From: Basidiobolus meristosporus CBS 931.73
Lineage: Eukaryota; Fungi; Basidiobolomycota
Assembly: GCA_002104905.1 (NCBI GenBank)
Contig: MCFE01000434.1
Location: 1-64,000 of the forward strand
Reading direction: 5' to 3'
DNA length: 64,000 nt
Positions 34,999-45,289 of this stretch are shown here, in pieces (position 1 is the first letter of the stretch; each line of letters starts with the position of its first letter). A program made the position numbers and the translations under genes. The notes beneath the pieces are model-generated. The model was not told the origin of the DNA. It saw only the letters and a list, made by a program, of their open reading frames with translations, and ran no database searches.

Positions 34999-36519
34999 AT
35001 GCTGGTCCACGATTTCACTTGGATATTCGTGGTGTGTATCATCTTCGCCTTTCTTGATGCCTACGGTATCGGTGCGAACGATGTTGCCAACTCATTCTCC
35101 ACTTCCGTCTCCTCCAAATCTCTGACCCTTGGCCAGGCCTGTGTCATCGCCGTGTTCACCGAGTTCTTGGGTGCCTTCCTGATGGGCTCAGGAACAGCCG
35201 AGACAATCAAAGGAAAGATCATCTCCATCAAGAACTTCGAGAACCAGCCCGAGCTACTCATGCTTGCCATGACATGCGCCCTAGTGGGTTCATCCACCTG
35301 GGTGCTGTTTGCCACAAGAAATGGATGGCCAGTGTCGACCACTCACGCGATTGTCGGGGCAATCATCGGAGTAGGGATCGCAGCATTCGGGCCTAACTCG
35401 GTTGACTGGAGCTACAACGGAGTGGCCAAGATCATCACCTCCTGGTTCATCTCCCCCGTGTGCGCAGGAATAGTGGCCAGTATCATTTACCTGGTCACCA
35501 AACATGGTGTGCTGAAGCACAAGAACTCCTTTGAGCGTGGCCTCATTGCCATCCCCTTGTACTTTGGATTCACCGCATTCATCAACGCCTTCTACATCAT
35601 CTACAAAGGATCTCCAGGCCTCAACCTTGCCTCCGCCTCACCAGGAGCCATTTGGGGATCCACCGTTGGCATCACAGTTGCCGTGATGCTCTTCTGCTGG
35701 TTCTTCATTCGTCCTTGGTTGGTTCGCAAGCTCCAGAAGAAGGAGGATCTCCGCTGGTATCATGTCTTTGTCATTCCTTTCCTCGGCCCCCGTCCTTCTG
35801 TGACCATTCACAGTGAAGAGGAAGGCAAGGCTGAGAAGGGTGAGCATGAGATTGCTGAAGAAGGTGACGCTGCCCCCACTGGTGTCTTCGAGCGCATCAA
35901 GGCTGTCGTGTTACACGGTGTCCGCAAGGATGTTGTCAACTGCAAAGGCGAGAGAATGCAGAAGATCCACGATGCCGCCATCAGATATGACGATGACACC
36001 GAGTACATGTACAGCTTCCTCCAGGTCATCACTGCCTCCATGGCCTCATTTGCCCATGGCTCGAACGATGTTGCCAATGCTGTTGGCCCACTCTCCACCG
36101 TGTACCATGTGTGGAGCACAGCCACTGTCGACATCAGTGGCAAGACTCCAGTCCCGTTGTGGGTGTTGGCCATGGGAGGTGTTGCCATTGATCTTGGACT
36201 GATCACCTATGGCTACAACATCATGCGCACCCTCGGCAACAAGATCACCTACCACTCACCCACTCGTGGATTCAGCATGGAGCTCGGCAGCTCGTTGACT
36301 GTGCTGACCGCCTCGAAGATCGGACTGCCAGTGTCCACCACGCACTGCATCACCGGGGCCACCGCAGCAGTCGGACTGTGCAACGGAACAGCGAGCTCAC
36401 TCAACTGGAGAATCATCGCATGGTGCTTCTTGTCCTGGATCTTGACTCTTCCGTTTGCTGGAGTTGTTGCTGGACTTTTGTTCTCATTTGCAGCATATGC
36501 CCCTAAATTCACCCTTTAG
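34999..36519 (+). CDS. PHO89: PiT/Pho89 phosphate symporter, copy 5, 506 aa
   Basis: Full ORF, same signatures as copy 1. Confidence 0.95.
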   Translation: MLVHDFTWIFVVCIIFAFLDAYGIGANDVANSFSTSVSSKSLTLGQACVIAVFTEFLGAFLMGSGTAETIKGKIISIKNFENQPELLMLAMTCALVGSSTWVLFATRNGWPVSTTHAIVGAIIGVGIAAFGPNSVDWSYNGVAKIITSWFISPVCAGIVASIIYLVTKHGVLKHKNSFERGLIAIPLYFGFTAFINAFYIIYKGSPGLNLASASPGAIWGSTVGITVAVMLFCWFFIRPWLVRKLQKKEDLRWYHVFVIPFLGPRPSVTIHSEEEGKAEKGEHEIAEEGDAAPTGVFERIKAVVLHGVRKDVVNCKGERMQKIHDAAIRYDDDTEYMYSFLQVITASMASFAHGSNDVANAVGPLSTVYHVWSTATVDISGKTPVPLWVLAMGGVAIDLGLITYGYNIMRTLGNKITYHSPTRGFSMELGSSLTVLTASKIGLPVSTTHCITGATAAVGLCNGTASSLNWRIIAWCFLSWILTLPFAGVVAGLLFSFAAYAPKFTL

Positions 36520-36841
36520 TAGTCCAACTCCTTAGCTAGCTCAATATAATACAGCAGTATACGTACCTGCACTCTAGCCCAACCTAATGAAAGACTTGCC
36601 ACAGCATCTAGGTTCGAAGAACTTAAAAGATTTTAATAAAGCAGATTCGTCAATAATAATGATCATTTCGATATTCCAGCCAAATGTTGATCGCGAGTAT
36701 GGAATTAGACCTACGACCAGTAAAAATCAAGAAACTTTGCGAGTTTCACTTACAAACCATATTAAGGATAGGATTGATGGGTAATAGCAGCAATGGCAAG
36801 TGCAACAAAAACTTCGCTTAGATTAACTCCAAAAAATGCAA

Positions 36842-37004
36842 CCAATTATTAGGCATCAACCACACCCGTGGTTACAATTTCATCAGACTCGTGAATATTC
36901 ATAAAGCGACCGGGATTTATTCATGTTGATCGGAAAGATATAGATCCTAGAATGCAGTCAGCTTCTGGGAGGAATTCCAATGGAGTAACTAGCAAATAAC
37001 CAAT
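36842..37004 (+). promoter_or_regulatory. Conserved composite promoter module upstream of PHO89 copy 6
   Basis: CCAAT 36842, CGTGGTTAC 36867 (gap 20); GTAAC 36985, CCAAT 37000 (gap 10). Confidence 0.7.
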
Positions 37005-37247
37005 GGATTTCGTGAGGCGCCTTTCGTGATGCTAAGCCTGAGCTTGCTCCAAAGATATGGGATTCCAATTTCGATTTTGGACTAGTCAGTTGGATATCTC
37101 ATGTTCGACACAAACTTTATATCCAAAACAGGTTCTCGCATAGCACAAAATAAACCTTAAGCAGGATGGCTCTTTTCATATAAATACCAGTCGGGATAGC
37201 CACTACCTATCACTTAGAAAAGTGAATCAATCTAGAGCTTCCTCATT

Positions 37248-38768
37248 ATGCTAGTCCACGACTTCACTTGGATATTCGTGGTGTGTATCATCTTCGCCTT
37301 TCTTGATGCCTACGGTATCGGTGCGAACGATGTTGCCAACTCGTTCTCCACCTCCGTCTCCTCAAAATCTCTCACCCTTGGCCAGGCCTGCGCCATCGCC
37401 GTGTTCACCGAGTTCTTGGGCGCCTTCCTGATGGGCTCAGGAACAGCCGAGACAATCAAAGGAAAGATCATCTCCATTAAGAACTTCGAGAACCAGCCCG
37501 AGCTACTCATGCTTGCCATGACATGCGCCCTAGTGGGTTCATCCACCTGGGTGCTGTTTGCCACAAAGAATGGATGGCCAGTGTCGACCACTCACGCGAT
37601 TGTCGGGGCAATCATCGGAGTAGGGATCGCAGCATTCGGGCCAAGCTCGGTTGACTGGAGCTACAACGGAGTGGCCAAGATCATCACCTCCTGGTTCATC
37701 TCCCCCGTGTGTGCTGGTATAGTGGCCAGTACAATCTACTTGGTAACCAAGCATGGCGTGCTGAAGCACAAGAACTCCTTTGAGCGTGGCCTCATTGCCA
37801 TCCCCTTGTACTTTGGATTCACCGCATTCATCAACGCCTTCTACATCATCTACAAAGGATCTCCAGGCCTTAACCTTGCCTCCGCCTCACCAGGAGCCAT
37901 TTGGGGATCCACCGTTGGCATCACAGTTGCCGTGATGCTCTTCTGCTGGTTCTTCATTCGTCCTTGGTTGGTTCGCAAGCTCCAGAAGAAGGAGGATCTC
38001 CGCTGGTATCATGTCTTTGTCGTGCCTTTCCTCGGCCCCCGTCCAAGCATGACCATTCACAGTGAAGAGGAAGGGAAGGCTGAGAAGGGTGAGCATCAGA
38101 TTGCTGAAGAAGGTGACGCTGCCCCCACTGGTGTCTTCGAGCGCATCAAGGCTGTCGTGTTACACGGTGTCCGCAAGGATGTTGTCAACTGCAAAGGCGA
38201 GAGAATGCAGAAGATCCACGATGCCGCCATCAGATATGACGATGACACCGAGTACATGTACAGCTTCCTCCAGGTCATCACTGCCTCCATGGCCTCATTT
38301 GCCCATGGCTCGAACGATGTTGCCAATGCTGTTGGCCCACTCTCCACCGTGTATCATGTGTGGAGCACTGGCACCGTCGACGTTAGTGGAAAGACACCAA
38401 TTCCGTTGTGGGTGTTGGCCATGGGAGGTGTAGCCATTGATCTTGGACTGATCACCTATGGCTATCACATCATGCGCACCCTCGGCAACAAGATCACCTA
38501 CCACTCACCCACTCGTGGATTCAGCATGGAGCTCGGCAGCTCGTTGACTGTGCTGACCGCCTCGAAGATCGGACTGCCAGTGTCCACCACGCACTGCATC
38601 ACCGGGGCCACCGCAGCAGTCGGACTGTGCAACGGAACAGCGAGCTCACTCAACTGGAGAATCATCGCATGGTGCTTCTTGTCCTGGATCCTGACCCTTC
38701 CGTTTGCAGGAGTTGTTGCTGGGCTTTTATTCTCATTTGCTGCATATGCTCCTAAATTTGCCCTCTAA
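37248..38768 (+). CDS. PHO89: PiT/Pho89 phosphate symporter, copy 6, 506 aa
   Basis: Full ORF; short divergent patches near 37710-37760 and 38366-38402. Confidence 0.95.
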   Translation: MLVHDFTWIFVVCIIFAFLDAYGIGANDVANSFSTSVSSKSLTLGQACAIAVFTEFLGAFLMGSGTAETIKGKIISIKNFENQPELLMLAMTCALVGSSTWVLFATKNGWPVSTTHAIVGAIIGVGIAAFGPSSVDWSYNGVAKIITSWFISPVCAGIVASTIYLVTKHGVLKHKNSFERGLIAIPLYFGFTAFINAFYIIYKGSPGLNLASASPGAIWGSTVGITVAVMLFCWFFIRPWLVRKLQKKEDLRWYHVFVVPFLGPRPSMTIHSEEEGKAEKGEHQIAEEGDAAPTGVFERIKAVVLHGVRKDVVNCKGERMQKIHDAAIRYDDDTEYMYSFLQVITASMASFAHGSNDVANAVGPLSTVYHVWSTGTVDVSGKTPIPLWVLAMGGVAIDLGLITYGYHIMRTLGNKITYHSPTRGFSMELGSSLTVLTASKIGLPVSTTHCITGATAAVGLCNGTASSLNWRIIAWCFLSWILTLPFAGVVAGLLFSFAAYAPKFAL

Positions 38769-39120
38769 GTTTCAAGATATAGCATTGCCTGATATAGTAC
38801 GCATGGTTTCATACCCGTTGAGCTGTGTAGGAGTGGTATGATTATGAATAATTTTATTTTAGTGAGAAACTCACCATCCTGGTAGAGTTTTGACACCTGA
38901 TTTCTAGAAAATAAAATCATGTATAACATCCAACTAGAAATCACACTAAACATCAAGCTATATTTCACATTACTAGAGCAGCCAACATAAAGGTTTTTAT
39001 AGAGTGTTTCCCTGGAATTCTAGAAAGTATGATGATAACTTATGGTACACGATACATTTTATGATGGGATTAGTAGTGATATATGTGAGGGACACCCTAA
39101 CTAGTTTCTGCGAAAGTTGA

Positions 39121-40852
39121 CTATGACTGCACGGATGAAACATGCATATTCTCCATCATCTTCCGGATACCATCCACCCGTTTGTTCTGCCGATTATATG
39201 GGTGACTGGAGTTTTGCTTATGGTTACGCTTTTTTGTAGCACCTCCTCCAGCGGTACGAGGACCCCCACGAGGCAACTTTGTTTGATGTGCAGTGCGGGA
39301 AGGATTTGGGCTTGGCAGTGGTTCGAATTCTTTCACTACTGACCAATAGATCCGTTCTTCTGCTTCTGTGAGTGCCTTCAGTTGAACCATTTCGGTGCCA
39401 ATGGTAAATCCAACTTGCTGAAGCCTTTCAACGGTTTGTCGAGCGAGCGGCTTCTTCAATCGAATGTGCCCGGTTGTTTCATCTCTACGATAGTCTACGA
39501 ATGCGACTTCCACGAACTTCGAAAATGATTTCTACATCATCGAAAAGGGTTACTGAGACGCTCCATACGCAGTGAATCACGCATGAGATATAATAACCTT
39601 TATAATGGCGTGATTGCTGGAAGGATCCACCCCAGAGAAATATATTACTCGGTTGAGATCCGATTTTCCCTTGCTCTTCTTTTTTGCTTTGCTTTGCTTG
39701 GCGGGTTGAATTCTAGTCACTCATGGTTACCAATCTGACAGGGTGAAGCCTAAATAACCTTAAAATACCTCTTTAAACTGACGCTAATCTGCCTGCCATC
39801 ATAGATATGCTGAGCATTAAGAACTCGGGCGGTCTCCTCGATTGACGTGAATTCAACAAAGATTGCTCCCTAAAGAGTGGATGGTGCTTAGTAAGCCTCA
39901 CTTGGGGTTGGTGGTACCGAGCACATACCTTGTATTTGGGGTCATCAGTTGGTCGGATCAACACGACAGATTGGACAGTGCCAAATTGTGCAAAGTAATT
40001 TTTCATTTCTTCGATGGTGGTAGTTTTACTGAACCCGTGCTAGATACGAAATATGTCACGAGAGAAAGATCAGTCGCCTGCGTGGTATTCGAGCGTTTCG
40101 TCGTGTACAATTCATTACCGCATAGAGGGTGTTCTCATCTTTGTCGGCCTTGATGAAGCCCTCGAAGGGGATCCGACGTCGAACTCTGAGCTGGTCTTGA
40201 CTAACTTCAAGTATGGTGGATTCGTTTAAGGCAGCGAGGATCAGTCCCATGTCGCTGGAGATGTTTTTGATTCGCTTGAAGGAGGCCAGCATTGCAATAG
40301 GAACCCCTACATGATATGAACGAGTCGAATGTAAGGAGAAGTTATGCAAAGCAGAATGTGAGCTGGTTTGGTCAAAGGGTTGAAAAGGAAGCATTGCAAG
40401 CGTGGCAGCCGACAATCGGCTCCTGGTAGGATAAAAAAGATACCAGGAAACTGCAGATATATAGCACAGATGTTTCCCGTGGCACTGTCATGTTTTCGTT
40501 AACCGTAGCTGTGAACTTCAACCAACATGGACAGGGAAAACGAGCCCCACGTGGAAGGTGGGAAAAGGAAGGGCTTAAGGTGAAAGCTTTACTTACAACC
40601 ATCTTCGAAAGAAGAGCTTTTCACTTGGGCTAAGGTTGCCTTGATCTGCTCGTCACTAAAATACCCTTCAAAACAATCTCTGAGTTTGATCTTCAAAATG
40701 GAAATCAGGCCTGGACTTGGCGTTGGCATCTGTGGCGGGGTATCGTCTGTCGACATGGATTCTACATCGTTGCTAGGCGAGTGGAATTTCTCTGGGTTGG
40801 TAGGAACGAAGTTGCTACTTGCTAAACCGAGGTGAACCTGTCCAGCATTCAT
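39121..40852 (-). CDS. La-related protein with La motif, RRM1 and C-terminal RRM2/xRRM (LARP7/Pof8-like), multi-exon
   Basis: LRDCFEGYFSD and VPIAMLASFKRIKNIS...LEVSQDQLRVRR (La motif), KNYFAQFGTVQSV (RRM1), VEVAFVDYRRDETTGHIRLK...LKALTEAEERIYWSVV (xRRM-like with terminal helix). Confidence 0.75.
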
Positions 40853-41078
40853 GATATTTTCCGCCCAGGAGAGCCTGTCTCATCGTAGGCCATTTATAGG
40901 ACCAAGAAAATTCCAGCCATGAGATTTATTACATCCCGGCGATTTCTGGAGAAAATGAACCATCTGAATTGGGATTTTTCTGCTTTATTTATATTTCGCT
41001 GTGGAATACGTAGTAAATAGGCTTGATGCGTATATTTTGTTGCTTGTGAATTCAATCTATGTTGTGCTGGGGAATAGG

Positions 41079-43533
41079 TCACGGCGATCGCGGCTGACCT
41101 TTCTCTCTATTCTTCTCGGAAAGCCCTTCTTTGCGGACCTCGGCCATAAACTTACCAACCATCTGTAAATCCACCTCCTGATCACTCTCCACTGCTTTGA
41201 TCAAAGATCCAAGCAGTGTGTCTACCTCAAGGACTGGCACGCCGCAGCAAGCGGCGATCAGCTTTTTGCACTGCTGCTCCTTCTCCGTTGACCGGTGGCG
41301 CATCTCATCCACTTCACGTCTTAGCTCCGCATCATTCCTGGCATACGCGGCCAGCCGGGAACGCAGATGGCCGATCTCTCGTTCTAGCTGGTGTTCGTAG
41401 CGGAGCTCCGCAGCTCCAGGGCTATTCCGCTCGCGGACGTGATTTGGGGTCTCAGGTGTGGGCGGGAAGTTGAATTGGGTCGAGATCGGCTCCATCTTAG
41501 GCTTGAGCTCGTCCAGATGGATCAGTTGCTTCTTCAGCGGCTGTATTTTCTCGTTCTCTTTCTGAAGGACGTTCTGGAGGTTGGCTACCTTGGTCTGGGT
41601 CTCCTCGAACTGGTGTACTTTCGATTGCATCGTCTGGATTTGTCTTCTGGCCTCCGCCAGCTCCTGGGTGGCCGTCTGAAGCTCCAGTTTGGCTGCGATC
41701 AGCTCGTGCTTTTTGCTATTGATTTCCGCGGTGAAGGCCGTCTCTAGTTCGGTAACCATGCTTTGCACCACTACAAGAGAGAACGTGCTTTGGTCAGTAA
41801 AGGTGGATCTTCGATTGGATCAGGATGTAGCCACCAACCATTGACCAACTCGGCGCCATACTTGGAGGGCGTGAATGTTCCGATGGTGCCTTCATTGGAG
41901 GTGCGTTGCAGGTCTGCGCCAGGATGATCGACCTAACAGAAGTGCCCAGTGAACCAAGACATCGTGTAAACAGGTGTAGAAGCAGAGACATTGAACAAAT
42001 GATACTGAATCGGGAATTACCTTGGTTTTAGAAGTACCGGGCAACCCGAAATCCCGCGGCCTGACTCCAGCTCGATTCGGAAGATCCACGTTCGCCTCAA
42101 CATCCATCAGCTGCCGCACCAGGCTTCGGACGCCTAGTCTTGCTGCAATGTTGAGCGGAGTATCTCCTTTTCGGTCCTGCAGGTCTATCACATCCATGAA
42201 CTTCATGTCGTTCCTGGCCATCCACTCAAGCAAGACCTCCATGTAGTAGCTCGCGGCCTCTAACCGTCCCTTGATAGAGGCGGTCAAGACAATGTGATGG
42301 AACACCGTGCGGTGCTTGTGGTCAGACACAGCGATTGCGTCTTGGAAGAATCGTAGAAGGGTGGGAAAGGTCTGGCTGTCGAAATTGTTGGTGACCAGAA
42401 CCGCTCTGATGAGCCCAGTCTCCCCAGCAGCATTTTTGCGTAGCGGATTGGCCCCCAGATGAAGTAGACGCTCAAGGATCGAGATTCGGCCGAGCGCCGC
42501 TGCCCAATGAAGAGCCGAATGGCCATGTTCATCGATGATCATGTCCACGTCGAAGTCAGAGGGTGGATTCGGAGCAGTTAATATGGATGGTAGAGTAGAT
42601 GTATCTTCCCCCACAAAGAGCCCCATCAGCATTTTACGATAACGCGCTACGTTCGGCGCCTCATGATTGTCAGCATTGGCTCCACGAACTGGCGTAGTTG
42701 GTGAGAGATTCGATGCTGGGGAATGGACCAGGGGTGGGCCAACATTCGAAACAAACTTGTGCCGTTTCTTTGGGAGATCAAGGTTTCTGATGCTGGAGGG
42801 GGTAGATTGCGGAGATTCCTCCCGAGTGGGTGTGGCAAGCAGCGGCGAGGGAGTGGGAGAAACACGGCTTTGCGAACGGGAGTCCGATTGACCTCGGGAG
42901 CGCTTCACCAGTGGGCTTGGGGTGGGCGGGACTGGGGAATTTCGTCTCTTCTTCTGGTAGCTGTTAACACTTCCATTGGATGCCTTACTCACGGCTAGGG
43001 CCTGCTCACGAGCCTGCTCCTTGGTGGGCGTTCTATCTTTGGAACCATTGGCGGTGGGGTTATAGTACAGCAACGGGTGTAGTAGAGCTTCGACCTCATA
43101 TTGTTCAGCCAACTCTAACCCACGCTCAAAAGGGATCCTGGGAAAGCAACGGTTAGCCCTTGCAGAAGAAGGAACCACCAAAGGCCGACGTAACACAACA
43201 ATTCGTTCCGGCTGAAAAAGAGTATAACGTCTGGCCAGAAGCATCCGCAGGGATACTTTCAGGTGTAGTTCAAGAGATTGTAGGGTGAGGTGCTTACCAA
43301 GTTCCTTGATATTTACCATATCCGCCTTGGACTTTTTCATGCTCTCCGTTCAATACCTCTCGTTCCAGAATCTTGGTTCGCTTCCCCTTGTCTATTCCTG
43401 CTACCTTAAGGATTTGGGTAGCATTCAAATAGGAATCGCTGCGTCGTCGCATCACTGCTATTCCACGACAGATCATTTCATAGACCGACACTCCGGAATA
43501 AACAGCGGAGTAAATGTTGGAAATGGTGGACAT
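41079..43533 (-). CDS. MBP1: APSES/KilA-N plus ankyrin-repeat G1/S transcription factor (Mbp1/Swi4/Res type), multi-exon
   Basis: [66 protein letters not shown]|IP; [17 protein letters not shown]; [16 protein letters not shown]; C-terminal coiled coil. Mbp1 versus Swi4/Res orthology is unresolved. Confidence 0.88.
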
Positions 43534-44236
43534 TTTCCGCGAAATATATATATATTGGTGGGAGGTGAGGTTTGTGGCGAATGCTCAGTCTGAAGCCGGG
43601 GCCAGTGTGTTCAATATATTTATTCAAGTTGGTGGCAGCAAACCGTGGCTTGCTGATGGCTCCACAAATAGAGAAGGAAGGATACACTAGAGGGAAGGGG
43701 TTGCGGAAGGGGGCGGAAAAGGACAACCAAAGGCCACAATAAATATTGGTTCAGAAGAAGAAAGACCCCAAGTGTGGTAGGAAAGCAAAGAACCCACTTG
43801 GCGTCACATAAAGCAGGGACTGTGCGCGTTACCTGGGGAACTGATAGGTGATAATCATTCACCTACAAATTCTTCAAATAAATCCTGGTTTATCCAAGCT
43901 CAATACATAAAAAGGAATGTTGCTCAACTAGAATGGCCATTTGGTATTAATCGTTTAGGGTTGCTAGCAATGATTGCGCGTTGGCCGTCTTCTGATTTTC
44001 TATTCTGTACTCATTGTAGTTGAATATTCGCCCCAATCTTTGACCAATAGACAGAGAGAGCATGGAAAGTCGTTTGGAATCCCGTTATTCGATGCTGAAA
44101 AGACCAATTGAAGACCCTCCTAGTGACTGCTCCTCATCCCTATGTTTAAAGTAATCAACAAACCTAATCATGAATGATCGAGTTTCATAAGATGGCTCCA
44201 TAAATTTCTCCTTCCTTTAACTCTTGTTACCCAACA

Positions 44237-45289
44237 ATGGATTTTCTGTCGGCCAGCTTGAAAGAAGAAATCGAGAAGAAGCGCAAGTTGCTCGATAAAG
44301 CCCAAGGAAATGACACGAAGAGTAAAAAGTTTGTGAGACGTGCGGATCTAGAGAAGATCCGGGAGCAGGAGTACATGGAGGAGCAAGCCAAATTGGAGCA
44401 AAAGCGCCAGGAGAAATTGCAGGAGCGGCTAGGCCAGATCCAGGATGCCAAGGAGGAATCGGAAAAAAATGCCAGCAACAAGGAGGATCCGGTGGTGGAG
44501 ATATTGAATACCCCCTCCGACGAAGTGATTCGCCGTCTACGTGCCAAGGGCGAGCCGATTCGGTTGTTCGGTGAAACAGATAAGCAGCGCAACATCCGTC
44601 TGCGAACCCTCGAGTTAATGGAAGAGAGATCTGAGGGTCAGCGAAACGATTTCATGAAAACTCTGGAAGCCATGGAGGCTGGCTTAGATCTGGAGAATCT
44701 CAAGAAACAAGCAGGGGAGGTTGACAACCATGAAAAGAAAAAGCGCAAGGACGATAGCGCACGTGCTGTTGACACCACTCAGATCTCGCTGGAGATGTTG
44801 AGTAGTGAGCCAGAAAAGGTGTACGGAATCATATACACCTACTTTAAGCGTCTTTTGCGTGAATGGGAGTACGATCTTAACGATCGTCCCGAGCATGTGA
44901 AGAGAAGTACCCAAGGAAAGCACGCATCAGCTACTCAAAAACAGACTGCCGAATACCTGTCACCGTTCTTCAAACTGCTGAAGCGTAAGGAGCTGGAGAA
45001 GGACGTTCTGGCTAGAATCACCGAAATAGTACAACGTATGCAGCAAAGGGAATATCTCCAGGCAAACGATTCCTATCTTCGACTCTCGATCGGTAACTCA
45101 CCCTGGCCTATTGGTGTGACGATGGTGGGTATTCACGAACGTTCAGCACGCGAGAAGATTTTCTCCAACCAAGTGGCACATGTGCTCAACGACGAAACGC
45201 AACGAAAATGGATCCAGTCTATTAAACGCCTGATGACATTTTGCCAAAGCAAATACCCGCCTGATGATTTAAGCAAGATGATCGGGTAA
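44237..45289 (+). CDS. PRP18: Pre-mRNA splicing factor Prp18, intronless
   Basis: EVIRRLRAKGEPIRLFGETD (SFM/PRP4-like), YLRLSIGNSPWPIGVTMVGIHERSAREKI, AHVLNDETQRKWIQSIKRLMTFCQ. Confidence 0.95.
   Translation: MDFLSASLKEEIEKKRKLLDKAQGNDTKSKKFVRRADLEKIREQEYMEEQAKLEQKRQEKLQERLGQIQDAKEESEKNASNKEDPVVEILNTPSDEVIRRLRAKGEPIRLFGETDKQRNIRLRTLELMEERSEGQRNDFMKTLEAMEAGLDLENLKKQAGEVDNHEKKKRKDDSARAVDTTQISLEMLSSEPEKVYGIIYTYFKRLLREWEYDLNDRPEHVKRSTQGKHASATQKQTAEYLSPFFKLLKRKELEKDVLARITEIVQRMQQREYLQANDSYLRLSIGNSPWPIGVTMVGIHERSAREKIFSNQVAHVLNDETQRKWIQSIKRLMTFCQSKYPPDDLSKMIG

Noticed and set aside
25688-38504. Alternative-frame and antisense ORFs repeated inside the PHO89 copies
   Set aside because: Shadow ORFs of a codon-biased gene; their lengths change between copies while the PiT frame is preserved.
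25668-38768. Canonical Pho4 CACGTG boxes driving the PHO89 array
   Set aside because: I did not find CACGTG conserved across the spacers; the conserved word is CGTGGTTAC/CACGAG-like instead.
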